48,198 bases of DNA, taken from IMG/VR virus record IMGVR_UViG_3300011442_000004, positions 1 through 48,198 of that record, one strand, 5' to 3'. Shown piece by piece: positions 10,106-19,013 of this stretch. A program made the translations under genes and the position numbers. Under the pieces are notes generated by a model, which saw only the letters and a list, made by a program, of their open reading frames with translations, was not told the origin of the DNA and made no database searches. Origin of the DNA: a virus (lineage: Duplodnaviria > Caudoviricetes). Every line of letters begins with the position of its first letter. Positions within the stretch are counted from its first letter, which is position 1.

Positions 10106-13100
10106 TGAGCGCCATCGTCAAGAACGCCCACGGCTACGCGGCCGGGACCCGCATCGTCTTCGACTCGATGACGGGCGGGGCTCCGCTCGACATCGACACC
10201 ATCTACTACGTGGTGCCGGTCATCAACGCGAACGACTTCCAGATTGCCGAGACGGACGGCGGCACCCCGCTGACCTTCGCCACCATCTCGGCGGCCAACA
10301 TCATCGTCGTGCCCGAGACCGACGACACCGACCCGTACGGCGTGAACTACGTTCCCATCACGGACCCGGTCGATGTCATGGCGCCGCCTACCTTGCCGCC
10401 TACCCCGAGCGCGCCGACCGTCACGTCCGCCGTGGTCTCGGGCATCGTCCGCCTCGAAATCACCCTCAACGACACGGCGCAGTCCAAGGTCCGCAACTGG
10501 GAAGTGCAGGTCACGCACTCCTTCTCCGGCGCGAACCCCGACTGGACGACCCCGACCAAGGTCACGCTGCCCGAGGGCTCGACCACGGTGTCCCTGCCCG
10601 CGCTCGGCTCCACGGTGTACGCCGTGCGGGTCTCGGCCACGGACGTCTACGGGCTGCTCAGCGCCTACTCGGCCGAGGTCACGCACACCACCATCGTCGG
10701 GTCCGACGCCCTGAACACCGCCATCGCCGCGCTCGCCAACGCGGTGTCCGACGGCTCCATCACGGAGTCCAGCATCCAGCCGGGCAGCATCTCGACGCCG
10801 CTCCTTCAGGCCGGTGCGGTGACGGCCCAAATCCTCGCGGCCACCATCGTCCTGACATCCCTCATCAAGACCGCAGACTCGGGCCGCCGAATTGAAATTG
10901 ACATCGACGGCATCCGGCTGTACGACGTGGACGAGTCGCTGCTCGTGCGCATCCCGACCAACGGCGACCCGGTCTTCATCAAGGGCCAGATTACGGCCGA
11001 CACGCTGGTATCGCAGGTGGCCGCCTCGTTCCGGGGCTCAGTGGACATGGCGGGCAACTCCGTCATCACCCTCCAGAACGGCATCGCTGCCCCGGGCACG
11101 CCGCCGTCCCTCGCCGCCAGCGTGGACTACCTCGGGCTGACCGGCACGGCGCTCCCGGCCTCCGCGCTGGGTCTCGCCTACGACTCCGCCGCTGGCACCT
11201 TCTGGGTTGCCACGGACCCCGCGACTGGCTACGTCGCCTACGAGTACAACGCCACGACTGGTGCGTTCGTCCGGCGCATCCCGGCGACTGGCTCGACCTC
11301 CACCACCACGGCCACGTCCGGCTCGACGTCGCACATCAGCGACACGGCGCAGGGCATCGACGGCTCGACCAACTCGCACATCACGACCCCGATGGTCATG
11401 CCATCCCCGGCCGGTGCGACCAACATGAAAATCACCAAGGTCAGCGCCTACTTCGCGGGCCATAACGGCACGTGCTCGGCGCGCGTCGGCGTGTGGAACA
11501 CGTCGAACATCGCCCTGCGCGAGAGCGCGACCTTCACGGCGGCCGACGAGGGCGCGACCGGGACCGGCGACTCGCACCACTACGACCAAGCATTGTCATC
11601 GGCCCTGTCCGTCACGGCGGGCACCACCTACCGCGTCGGCTTCCGGCACACGTCCACGTCGGAGGGCTACCAGTTCGACCGCGACGACGGCGCCGGGAAG
11701 ACCACCTACTCCGGCGATGGCTCGACCGACGACGGCACGGGCTGGGGCACGCTGAACAGCGCAAGCAAGCCGAACGTCTACTTCACCTACACCTACGACG
11801 TGGACTCCCGGCTGGAGACGGCGCCCATGATTGCCGTGGCGACCGACGGCACCTACATCTACACCCTTGATACCCTCGGGCAGGTCTGGAAGTACAACCG
11901 CTCGACCATGGCCTACGTCGCCAAGTCCGGCGTGCAGACGGCCATCACCGGCACCAAGACGAAGGCCGGGATGTTCTACGACGCGACGGCCACCGAACTC
12001 ATCATCACCACGACCACCGGCACGGGCGCGGGCGTCTTCCCCAAGTTCGTCAGGGTCGTCCCGAGCACGCTGGTCGTCAGCTCGACGGTCTACAGCGCGG
12101 CTGCCGGGACCAGCTTCAGCGGCACCACAGACACGTTCCGGGGCGGTGCCCGGCTGGCCGACCCTCTCAATGCCTCGGCCGCCACGTACTGGGTTGCCAC
12201 GACCTCGGCGGTCTACGCCTACACCTTCAGCGGCACGACCGCCACGCAGACGGCCAACCGAGACTTCGGTCAGGCGGTCACGGTCAGTGACGGCCTCACG
12301 CACGACGGCACGGTCTTCCGGGGCTTCGACGCGGGCAGCCTGACCAAGGTCTGGAAGTTCAGCCCGTGGGACTTCACCACGGCGAGCACCACTCTCTGGG
12401 TCTCCTACTCGTGGTACGACTCGAACGCCACAGGCGGCACGCACGAGACCGCAGTGAGCCCGCGCTCCAGCATTGTCATTCGCAGGCGCGAGCAGATGAC
12501 GGTCGTCAATCCGGCCGTCCCGGTGGGCGGCACCGACGACCCGGACAACCGCCGCATCTACTTCCTCCAGAGCGCCACGGACACGGGCGTCGGGACCTAC
12601 TGGCTTCAGGCCACGGGAAACTTCACGTCCCGCACGTACAACGACTACACGGGCTCGGGCACCCACGACGGGACCGGCACCGCGTTCCCCGCTGGCACCC
12701 CGTCCGACATGAAGGACGCGGGCGGGAACTGGCACCTGAAGGGCGACGGCACGTCCACGTTCAAGGACCTCGTCGCCTCGGGCAACGCCACCATCACGGG
12801 AGACATCGGGCTGAACGGCACGGCTGGCTCCCACCAGAACGGCAGCACGTTCACTATCAGCGGCGGAGGCACGGCGACATTCGGCTCGAAGGTCATCGAG
12901 TGGGTCCAAATCGGAAAGCTCGTCGTGATGCGATTGTCCTTCAGCGTCACGGCCAATGGCTCAGGGGCGACGTCGGTGACTCTTGGTTCCGCCACCGGAC
13001 TGCCCGGCTCGCCCACCACCTTCATCGCATGGGGCGATAGGGGTGGTGTCGGCGTCACACCGATTGCATGGCGCATGTCTGGCACCCCGCTTGGCGCTTC

Positions 13101-13194
13101 CCGCATCCAGACGTTGGCCGGTGCCACCATCACGGGGGCTGACCTTCTGTCGGGCGCGGGCTACACCCTCGTTTGCGCTTACCTCTCGGTCTAG
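10105..13194 (+). CDS. Tail fibre / receptor-binding protein
   Basis: 1029 aa, Thr/Ser/Gly-rich, Fn3-like domain, GAVTAQILAA...SGRRIEID shaft motif, propeller-like repeats. Confidence 0.75.
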   Translation: MSAIVKNAHGYAAGTRIVFDSMTGGAPLDIDTIYYVVPVINANDFQIAETDGGTPLTFATISAANIIVVPETDDTDPYGVNYVPITDPVDVMAPPTLPPTPSAPTVTSAVVSGIVRLEITLNDTAQSKVRNWEVQVTHSFSGANPDWTTPTKVTLPEGSTTVSLPALGSTVYAVRVSATDVYGLLSAYSAEVTHTTIVGSDALNTAIAALANAVSDGSITESSIQPGSISTPLLQAGAVTAQILAATIVLTSLIKTADSGRRIEIDIDGIRLYDVDESLLVRIPTNGDPVFIKGQITADTLVSQVAASFRGSVDMAGNSVITLQNGIAAPGTPPSLAASVDYLGLTGTALPASALGLAYDSAAGTFWVATDPATGYVAYEYNATTGAFVRRIPATGSTSTTTATSGSTSHISDTAQGIDGSTNSHITTPMVMPSPAGATNMKITKVSAYFAGHNGTCSARVGVWNTSNIALRESATFTAADEGATGTGDSHHYDQALSSALSVTAGTTYRVGFRHTSTSEGYQFDRDDGAGKTTYSGDGSTDDGTGWGTLNSASKPNVYFTYTYDVDSRLETAPMIAVATDGTYIYTLDTLGQVWKYNRSTMAYVAKSGVQTAITGTKTKAGMFYDATATELIITTTTGTGAGVFPKFVRVVPSTLVVSSTVYSAAAGTSFSGTTDTFRGGARLADPLNASAATYWVATTSAVYAYTFSGTTATQTANRDFGQAVTVSDGLTHDGTVFRGFDAGSLTKVWKFSPWDFTTASTTLWVSYSWYDSNATGGTHETAVSPRSSIVIRRREQMTVVNPAVPVGGTDDPDNRRIYFLQSATDTGVGTYWLQATGNFTSRTYNDYTGSGTHDGTGTAFPAGTPSDMKDAGGNWHLKGDGTSTFKDLVASGNATITGDIGLNGTAGSHQNGSTFTISGGGTATFGSKVIEWVQIGKLVVMRLSFSVTANGSGATSVTLGSATGLPGSPTTFIAWGDRGGVGVTPIAWRMSGTPLGASRIQTLAGATITGADLLSGAGYTLVCAYLSV

Positions 13195-13197
13195 GCC

Positions 13198-13890
13198 ATG
13201 GCCAAAGCTGTCGTCAGCTACGCCGAGGCCAAGGCCGTCATGGCCTTCCTCGGGTATCTCCAGAAGCACTACTCGAAGAGCATCAACCCGAAGGACCAGT
13301 TCCTCATCATCGCCGTCACGGCGTGGTTCCATCAGGAGTCGGGCGGGCTGAAGAACGTCATCGGCAACAACCCGTTCAACATCCGGGACTCGCCATTGCA
13401 ATCGGGGACCCGCCAGTCGAAGAACGGCAACGGCCACTTCGCGGTCTTCAGCTCGATGGCCCGGGGGTTCGAGGCTGCGGCCTACCTCCTCATCCACGGC
13501 GGCCACGGCTCCGGCACCAAGGACGCCGACAGCTACGGCTACCGACTCGCCCTGAACGCCATGAAGAAAGGCGGCAATCAGGGCGCGTGGGAGTTCCTTG
13601 CGGCCCTCGCCATGTCGAGCTGGGACGCTGGCCACTACGGCTCCCAGAACTGGACCGAGGCGTTCAGCGAGAAGACGAACCACCTGCTGCGGGTCTACCT
13701 GTCGTTCGGCGGCATCCAGCTCCGCGACCCCCACCCGAAGCCAAAGAAGCCGCCGCCCAAGCTGCCGCAGGACTTCAAGTACAAGCAGGCACCCAACGCG
13801 TTCCTCGACCCATGGCGCGCTCGGGACCTCTACTCCAAGCGACACGACAAGCCGTCGTTGACAGTTGCAGGTTCGCGCCTGAAGCGGTAG
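13198..13890 (+). CDS. Lysozyme-fold (glucosaminidase-like) hydrolase
   Basis: HQESGG...NNPFNIR...FAVFSSMARGFEA pattern. Confidence 0.55.
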   Translation: MAKAVVSYAEAKAVMAFLGYLQKHYSKSINPKDQFLIIAVTAWFHQESGGLKNVIGNNPFNIRDSPLQSGTRQSKNGNGHFAVFSSMARGFEAAAYLLIHGGHGSGTKDADSYGYRLALNAMKKGGNQGAWEFLAALAMSSWDAGHYGSQNWTEAFSEKTNHLLRVYLSFGGIQLRDPHPKPKKPPPKLPQDFKYKQAPNAFLDPWRARDLYSKRHDKPSLTVAGSRLKR

Positions 13891-13893
13891 ACT
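13865..13893 (+). promoter_or_regulatory. Sigma70-type promoter for the lysis cassette
   Basis: TTGCAG-N17-TAGACT; the TAG doubles as a stop codon. Confidence 0.55.
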
Positions 13894-13921
13894 GTCGCCA
13901 CGATGAAAACGAGGTCAACGT

Positions 13922-14224
13922 GTGCTTGAACAGTGGATGCCGCAAATTCTCGGCCCCGGCGGGGCTCTCGTTCTCGCCGTCATCGGGCTCATGGCCCTCT
14001 GGCGTCAGGGGCGCAAGGACCTCGCGGCCAAGGACAAGCTCTTCGCTGAACTCATCCTCTCGAAGGACGCCGACATCGCGTTCGAGCGGGCTCGCACAGC
14101 CGCCGCAGACGCGCGGCTCGAAGGACTAGGGAGTACCCTCAAAGATGCGACTATCGTCATGGACAAATCCATTGCGCTCACCGAAAAGGCAATCGACCGA
14201 CTCCGAGCCGAGGCCCGAGATTAG
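13922..14224 (+). CDS. Membrane protein (1 TM plus coiled coil), lysis cassette
   Basis: GAGGT RBS; N-terminal hydrophobic helix. Confidence 0.7.
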   Translation: MLEQWMPQILGPGGALVLAVIGLMALWRQGRKDLAAKDKLFAELILSKDADIAFERARTAAADARLEGLGSTLKDATIVMDKSIALTEKAIDRLRAEARD

Positions 14225-14225
14225 C

Positions 14226-14378
14226 GTGCAGCCCCTTCCCGACGTCAAGCCGACCGAGGCCGTCATCGCCGCCTCGCAGGAAATGGAGGCCGCCGAGCTG
14301 CGCATCGCCGCCGCACGGAAGCGCCTCGCTGCCGCCAACCGCAAGTACATCGCCTACAACCGGCAGGTGCACTCGTGA
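14226..14378 (+). CDS. Small helical hypothetical protein
   Basis: GTG just after the upstream stop; its stop overlaps the next start. Confidence 0.55.
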   Translation: MQPLPDVKPTEAVIAASQEMEAAELRIAAARKRLAAANRKYIAYNRQVHS

Positions 14379-14722
14379 ACGAGATTGCAATTGCCGCCCT
14401 CGACATCATCAACTTCGTCGCCCTCCTCCTGTTCGTCGCGCTGACCGGCGCCATCCTCTTCTCGATGGGCCGCCGATTGGTGGACTACCGCGTCGCCAAG
14501 ATGCCCGTGCCCACCCTGCTGAAGCGGGGGTTCGTGCTCTTCGGCGCGCTGGCCGTCATGGGCGGCGAGATTGCCGTTCTCCGTGTGCTCGGTGTGAGCC
14601 TCGCGGACGACCCCGTCATGCGTCTGCTCTTCACCGTCCAGTCCGACGTCATCCTGTTCACCGCCCTCGGCTACTACGCCAAGGCTGAGCTGTTCGACGT
14701 CGATGACCCGGACAAGCCATGA
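14375..14722 (+). CDS. Membrane protein with ~3 TM segments (holin candidate)
   Basis: Three hydrophobic stretches; directly upstream of the endolysin candidate. Confidence 0.65.
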   Translation: MNEIAIAALDIINFVALLLFVALTGAILFSMGRRLVDYRVAKMPVPTLLKRGFVLFGALAVMGGEIAVLRVLGVSLADDPVMRLLFTVQSDVILFTALGYYAKAELFDVDDPDKP

Positions 14723-15765
14723 GCACTGGCGACCCCGCCGACACCCGCGACCCCTCCACCCACAAGCACATCAGCGAGCGCGAGGCTGACGGCTCCTTCG
14801 AGGACTGCACGTGGGACTCCGGGTTGGAGTTCTACCGCGATGCCATCGACCCGTCCAAGCCCGCGACGCACGCTGAGGCGCAGGCGCTTCGAGCGGCCAG
14901 TGGCGAGCCCCCGACCGGCGGCTCCAACCTCGGCGACTTCCGGCGCGGCGTGGCCGCCCGGTACCATCACACGCTGCCCGCTGCCATCAGCAACAAGGGC
15001 ATCCTCACCGCCCTGAAGCCCGGCATGGTCGGGACGGTTCAGGGTTCCATGTCGGCCTTCGGGCCACTCCACGTCCTGTCCAAGTGGGACAGGAACTTCG
15101 ACGGCGGCCACGCCACGTGGGTAGCGCGTACCCCCAGTGGTGTGCTACTCTGGTGCGACCCGGAGGCTCCGACCAGTGCGGACGTCCCGGTTCTCATCAG
15201 CGAGGACAACCTCCAGAAGTTCGTCAACGCGTTCAACGGCGAGGCCATCGTGGCCCCCGCATTGCAATGGCCGGGCGTCCCGGCAGGAGTTCCCACCGTG
15301 TACCCCATCAACCCCCTCCCCGCTGTCGTGCTCGGCTCGACCGCCGTCATCGACCCCCTGTCGAACATCCGGGTGGACCCGAAGATTGCGGCCGTCAAGG
15401 TCCGCACCACCACCGTTGCCGAGACCGTGAAGAACGTGGTCGGCTACGTGACCGGCGACAAGGACCCGGCCAACGGCAAGACCGACTGGCTGGCGTGGCT
15501 GGAGGCGGGCAAGTGGCGGTACACTGCCATCGACAACATCAAGTCCATCACGGCCCCCGTGGCCGGAGCCGACGACGGGTTCACCGCCGTCACGCAGGCT
15601 GCCGCCGTGGCAGCCCAGAAAGCAGCCGACCAAGCGGCCATCGACGCCGCGAACTCGGCCGCTGCGAAGTCCGCAGCGGCGGCAGTTGCCGCCCCCGGTT
15701 TGGAGCGAGAGCGCCTTGCTGTCGTGCTGGGGAAGGCTGAAGCCGACAAGGTCAGGAACTCGTGA
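14719..15765 (+). CDS. Endolysin candidate, papain-like (C39-like) peptidase with SH3-like and Ala-rich C-terminal regions
   Basis: DCTWDSG...GGHATWV...WCDP gives Cys-His-Asp order; flanked by membrane genes. Confidence 0.6.
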   Translation: MSTGDPADTRDPSTHKHISEREADGSFEDCTWDSGLEFYRDAIDPSKPATHAEAQALRAASGEPPTGGSNLGDFRRGVAARYHHTLPAAISNKGILTALKPGMVGTVQGSMSAFGPLHVLSKWDRNFDGGHATWVARTPSGVLLWCDPEAPTSADVPVLISEDNLQKFVNAFNGEAIVAPALQWPGVPAGVPTVYPINPLPAVVLGSTAVIDPLSNIRVDPKIAAVKVRTTTVAETVKNVVGYVTGDKDPANGKTDWLAWLEAGKWRYTAIDNIKSITAPVAGADDGFTAVTQAAAVAAQKAADQAAIDAANSAAAKSAAAAVAAPGLERERLAVVLGKAEADKVRNS

Positions 15766-15776
15766 AAGGAGTCTCC

Positions 15777-16211
15777 GTGGACAACATTCGCAAGGTCGTC
15801 TCGGCCATCCTCGACAAGGCCGACCAGCTCCTCACGTCGGAGCCCGCACGCATGATTGGCTACGGCGCCGCCGTGCTGGTCTACCTCATCATCCGGCTCG
15901 TCGGAGAGCTGAAGCCCGGTCTCGTCCCGCAGGTTGGGTTCGAGGAGGCCGTTGGCATGGCGTTCAGCGCCCTCGCCACGGTCGTCATCCTCGTGGAGTC
16001 CATCCGTCGGTTCGTCTACAGCCCCTTGACCTACATCGAGGACCTTGCTGACGAGTCGCAGGCGGCCCACGAGGCAGCCCATCTGGAAGAGGACCTTCGC
16101 CGCTGGAAGGAAGCCATCGCGGCCCAGCAGGCGGCCGAGGCCCAGCCCCAGACCAAGACCGTTGTGGTCGGCACCGCCAAGGCTGGCGGCTCCGGCGACA
16201 AGAGCAACTAG
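15777..16211 (+). CDS. Holin-like membrane protein (2 TM)
   Basis: AAGGAG RBS; EP..IG N-motif and IRRFVYSP after two TM helices. Confidence 0.65.
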   Translation: MDNIRKVVSAILDKADQLLTSEPARMIGYGAAVLVYLIIRLVGELKPGLVPQVGFEEAVGMAFSALATVVILVESIRRFVYSPLTYIEDLADESQAAHEAAHLEEDLRRWKEAIAAQQAAEAQPQTKTVVVGTAKAGGSGDKSN

Positions 16212-16215
16212 TCCC

Positions 16216-17514
16216 ATGACGGCCACGCCCATCCAGTGGTCGTCTCGCCCCGAGTACGACGCCTTCCTTCGGGAGGGCGTCGCTGCCGGGACGGGATGGA
16301 ACCAGCTCGCGGAGGAGTTCACCGCGAATTACAATGTGAAGGCCAACGGCGAGCAGCTTCGCCGACGCGCTGCAATCCTGCGACGCGGCGGACCCAAGCG
16401 CCCCGGCCCGGCCCCCGCTGACGACCTGACCCCGGAGGAGCGGTTCCAGCAGCAGGTCGCCAAGGAGCGCACCAAGGCGCTCGACCTCTCCCTCGCCCGC
16501 GAGATGGCCAGTGCCGCCAAGGCGCAGGCCCGGTGGGACGAGTTCCTTGACATCGTGAAGGGCGAGCTGGGCGCCGCCCCGCGCGCCGACACGGTCGAAC
16601 AGCTCGTCATCCCCGTCGGCTCCGGCACGCCCGAGACCATGACGGTCCTCATCGGCGACGTGCACATCGGCAAGCTGGCCGACCCCGGCGTCGTGGGCTC
16701 CGAGTTCGGGTACAGCCTGCCCATCTTCGAGCAGCGCGCCGCCCGGCTGGAGAACCGCATCATGCGCCTCTACGGGCTGCACTCGATGACGGCCCCCATC
16801 AACAAGCTGGTCATCTACTTCCTCGGCGACGGCGTCGATGGGGTGGACATGCGCCGTGGCCACAAGGGCCGCGTGGACGTCCAGACCGCCACGCAGCAGA
16901 CCCTCATCCTCACCTACTGGGTCGAGGGCATGGTCCGCCGTCTCCGTGCCGCGCTCGGCATCGAGATTGCAATTGTCTGGGAGTTCGGCAACCACGGGCG
17001 CGTCGGCGAGTTCGGCGTCAACCTGCCTGCCGACAACTGGGACTACCTCGCCGGTCAGATGCTCGGCATTGCCCTGCGCGACCTCGTCGCCGAGGGTGGG
17101 GTCAAGCTCCACGCCGACACCCTGAAGTACAGCGTGACGCAGCTCGGCCCGCTCCGGGTCTACAGCTCGCACAACGACGCCATCAAGGGCGGGGACGGCT
17201 TCTCCGGCCTGCCCATCAACGGCATGGCCCGTGGCGCCGCCAAGGACACCGGCCTGCACAAGCAGCTCTTCGACCTCCATCTGGTCGCCCACTTCCACAC
17301 GCCGCAGGACGTCACGTTCCAGACCGGCCGTGAGATTATGAACGGGGCGTGGGACGGCGGCGACGACTACTCGGTCAACGGCATCAAGGCGGCCAGCGAC
17401 CCCATCCAGTGGGCCTTCGGAGTCCACCCGGAGAACGGGATTACGTGGCAGTCACGCATCCTGCTGACCCCCAACGCCCAGACCCGCAAGCCTACCCCGG
17501 CCATCGAGTTGTAG
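16216..17514 (+). CDS. Calcineurin-like metallophosphoesterase with N-terminal helical region
   Basis: GDVHIG, LGDGVDG, GNHG, SH, AHFH motifs. Confidence 0.85.
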   Translation: MTATPIQWSSRPEYDAFLREGVAAGTGWNQLAEEFTANYNVKANGEQLRRRAAILRRGGPKRPGPAPADDLTPEERFQQQVAKERTKALDLSLAREMASAAKAQARWDEFLDIVKGELGAAPRADTVEQLVIPVGSGTPETMTVLIGDVHIGKLADPGVVGSEFGYSLPIFEQRAARLENRIMRLYGLHSMTAPINKLVIYFLGDGVDGVDMRRGHKGRVDVQTATQQTLILTYWVEGMVRRLRAALGIEIAIVWEFGNHGRVGEFGVNLPADNWDYLAGQMLGIALRDLVAEGGVKLHADTLKYSVTQLGPLRVYSSHNDAIKGGDGFSGLPINGMARGAAKDTGLHKQLFDLHLVAHFHTPQDVTFQTGREIMNGAWDGGDDYSVNGIKAASDPIQWAFGVHPENGITWQSRILLTPNAQTRKPTPAIEL

Positions 17515-17523
17515 CGCCTCGCC

Positions 17524-17730
17524 ATGATGAGCCCCGAGGAGATTGAGGCGCGGCTTCGCTCCTTGGGGCTCGACTCTGTCCCGGCCAACTGCCCCATCGA
17601 GGCGCGCTACATCGACCCCCTGCGGGCCGACCGACCGCTCCTCTCGCAGGACTGGGACCTCACCGCTGACGAGCTGTTCCGGCTGGCCGTGAACGTCGTG
17701 GAGCTGGAGCGCCGCCGGGGCTACAGGTGA
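17524..17730 (+). CDS. Hypothetical protein
   Basis: Good codon usage; follows the upstream gene closely. Confidence 0.6.
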   Translation: MMSPEEIEARLRSLGLDSVPANCPIEARYIDPLRADRPLLSQDWDLTADELFRLAVNVVELERRRGYR

Positions 17731-17891
17731 ACCTCGTTCACAGCTACCGGCACATGAAGGTCTTCGGACACTGGCCCGCGTGGCGCTCGGGCTTCGAGTT
17801 CCCGGTGTGCGAACGGTGCCTCCGGCCACCCTCCCGACCGCGTCGCTGGTGGGCTCCGCAATTCCAATTGGTCCCTGCGCGGAACGCTTGA
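17727..17891 (+). CDS. Small hypothetical protein (CxxC)
   Basis: GTGA overlap with the upstream stop; 54 aa open frame translated by hand. Confidence 0.4.
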   Translation: MNLVHSYRHMKVFGHWPAWRSGFEFPVCERCLRPPSRPRRWWAPQFQLVPARNA

Positions 17892-17916
17892 CAAGGTACC
17901 CCGGTGGGAGTACATT
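17888..17916 (+). promoter_or_regulatory. Near-consensus sigma70 promoter
   Basis: TTGACA-N17-TACATT. Confidence 0.8.
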
Positions 17917-17921
17917 TCGTT

Positions 17922-18124
17922 CAGTTGTTGCGGACCCCACCAGACGGGTTTAGCCTCTAGTCGGACCACCTGCGGGACTTGTTCCCAACGGCGGCGAGGC
18001 GAAGGGGATGGACCCCGAGGAGGGCGATGCATTTCCGGTCTCTCAATGGGTCTGTCGTAAGCCCAAGCGGAGGTACGACCCGGCGACGAAGAAGAGGTTC
18101 GGCTATCGAGGCCGGGCCTTTTTG
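17922..18124 (+). ncRNA. Candidate ~200-nt structured non-coding RNA
   Basis: Bounded by promoter and terminator, no convincing ORF, several helices including GCGGACCC/GGGTCTGT. Confidence 0.55.
18096..18123 (+). terminator. Intrinsic terminator
   Basis: GGTTCGGC-tatcgag-GCCGGGCC followed by TTTTT. Confidence 0.7.
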
Positions 18125-18169
18125 ATTACCCGCCGCGTCTCCAATTGCAATTAGCTGCCTGCCTCGGCC

Positions 18170-18198
18170 TTGCCGCTTCCGATGCCTCGGAGTACAAT
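18170..18198 (+). promoter_or_regulatory. Sigma70-type promoter for the tRNA region
   Basis: TTGCCG-N17-TACAAT; ATTGCAAT at 18144. Confidence 0.65.
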
Positions 18199-18204
18199 TC
18201 CCAT

Positions 18205-18320
18205 GCGTCGCCCCACCAAGGGTTGACGAGCGGCCCAATATGGCAGGACGGCGGGATGGTACCCGCCCGGTGGCCGGACCGTAACGGAGCCCCGTCGGCG
18301 CGTACGGCCGGTGGGGCTCT
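18205..18320 (+). ncRNA. Candidate ~110-nt structured RNA or tRNA leader
   Basis: Closing helix GCCCCACC/GGTGGGGC with internal hairpins GGCGGG/CCCGCC and GGCCG/CGGCC. Confidence 0.4.
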
Positions 18321-18332
18321 GCTATCATCTCG

Positions 18333-18407
18333 TGGCGGGCAAGAGGTCGTGGGACCTCGGTGGGCTCATTCCCCAGTCAGCAGGGTTCGACTCCCGGCCC
18401 GCTACCA
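18333..18407 (+). tRNA. tRNA-Met(CAT), initiator-like, atypical
   Basis: GGG/CCC anticodon stem, loop CT-CAT-TC, GGTTCGACTCC T-arm, 3' CCA; acceptor-stem register ambiguous. Confidence 0.75.
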
Positions 18408-18410
18408 AGT

Positions 18411-18483
18411 GCCAGCGAGCGCGCGGGCGTGCAGCGGTCTCCAAAACCGCCCGCCGTGGGTTCGACTCCTACCGCTGGTGCCA
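18411..18483 (+). tRNA. tRNA-Trp(CCA)
   Basis: GCCAGCG/CGCTGGT acceptor, G73, CCA; GCGGT-CTCCAAA-ACCGC anticodon arm; short D-arm. Confidence 0.9.
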
Positions 18484-18488
18484 GCCTC

Positions 18489-19013
18489 TCAGGCCAGCTC
18501 GGTCAGCCGGTGTGGCCCCTTTCGCACCGCGACGTGGTGCGGCCCCTTGCGGGGTAGCTCAGTGGTAGAGCGGTCGGTTGTTACCCGACTGGTCGGTGGT
18601 TCGAGCCCACCCCCCGCAGCCAACGCCTCTGCCAGCGACTCGGGCGTGATGCCCGCCAGCCCGCGAGTGCTCTGCTGCTGCGTCACCATCCGGCGCCCGT
18701 CCATGGTGTCGTGGATGCTCGGGTGCTCAGCCACCCACGCGAGGTACGTCACGATGGCGGCCTCCCGCTCGGCCCGGACGATGGCCTCCCGCTCCTCCCG
18801 CTTGACGCGCTCGGTGTTGGCCACGAAGTGCTGGAAGCAGTAGCCGTCGGCGTCCATGGCCCAGCGGGTGCACGGCGTCGGCTCCCTGTCGCCGGTAATT
18901 GCAATGCAACGTCCCCACTGGTGAGCTGCGGCGTCGTCGCAGTCCGCCCAGTTTGTCATGCCGTACGGGCAGGGCTGGTGCGCGGTCTTGTGGTTAGGCC
19001 GCCTTGCGGGCAC
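18489..19013 (-). CDS. Cys/His-rich hypothetical protein; 3' end overlaps tRNA-Asn antisense
   Basis: GGAGG RBS plus GTG; RCIAIT..PCTR..GYCFQH zinc-finger-like motif. Confidence 0.65.
   Translation of the reverse strand: MPARRPNHKTAHQPCPYGMTNWADCDDAAAHQWGRCIAITGDREPTPCTRWAMDADGYCFQHFVANTERVKREEREAIVRAEREAAIVTYLAWVAEHPSIHDTMDGRRMVTQQQSTRGLAGITPESLAEALAAGGGLEPPTSRVTTDRSTTELPRKGPHHVAVRKGPHRLTELA
18548..18622 (+). tRNA. tRNA-Asn(GTT)
   Basis: TGCGGGG/CCCCGCA acceptor, G73, CCA; canonical D-arm; GTCGG-TTGTTAC-CCGAC anticodon arm. Confidence 0.95.

Noticed and set aside
18272-18295. SRP RNA domain IV look-alike (CCGGACCGTAACGGAGC)
   Set aside because: The CAGG/AGCA internal loop and GNRA stem register do not fit.
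18333-18407. tRNA-Sec or opal suppressor (TCA in loop, 6-bp D-stem)
   Set aside because: The centred anticodon is CAT and there is no long variable arm; TGA, TAG and TAA all end genes normally, so no recoding is indicated.
18484-18547. HDV-like (theta) ribozyme after tRNA-Trp
   Set aside because: Only two simple hairpins; I could not build the nested double pseudoknot.
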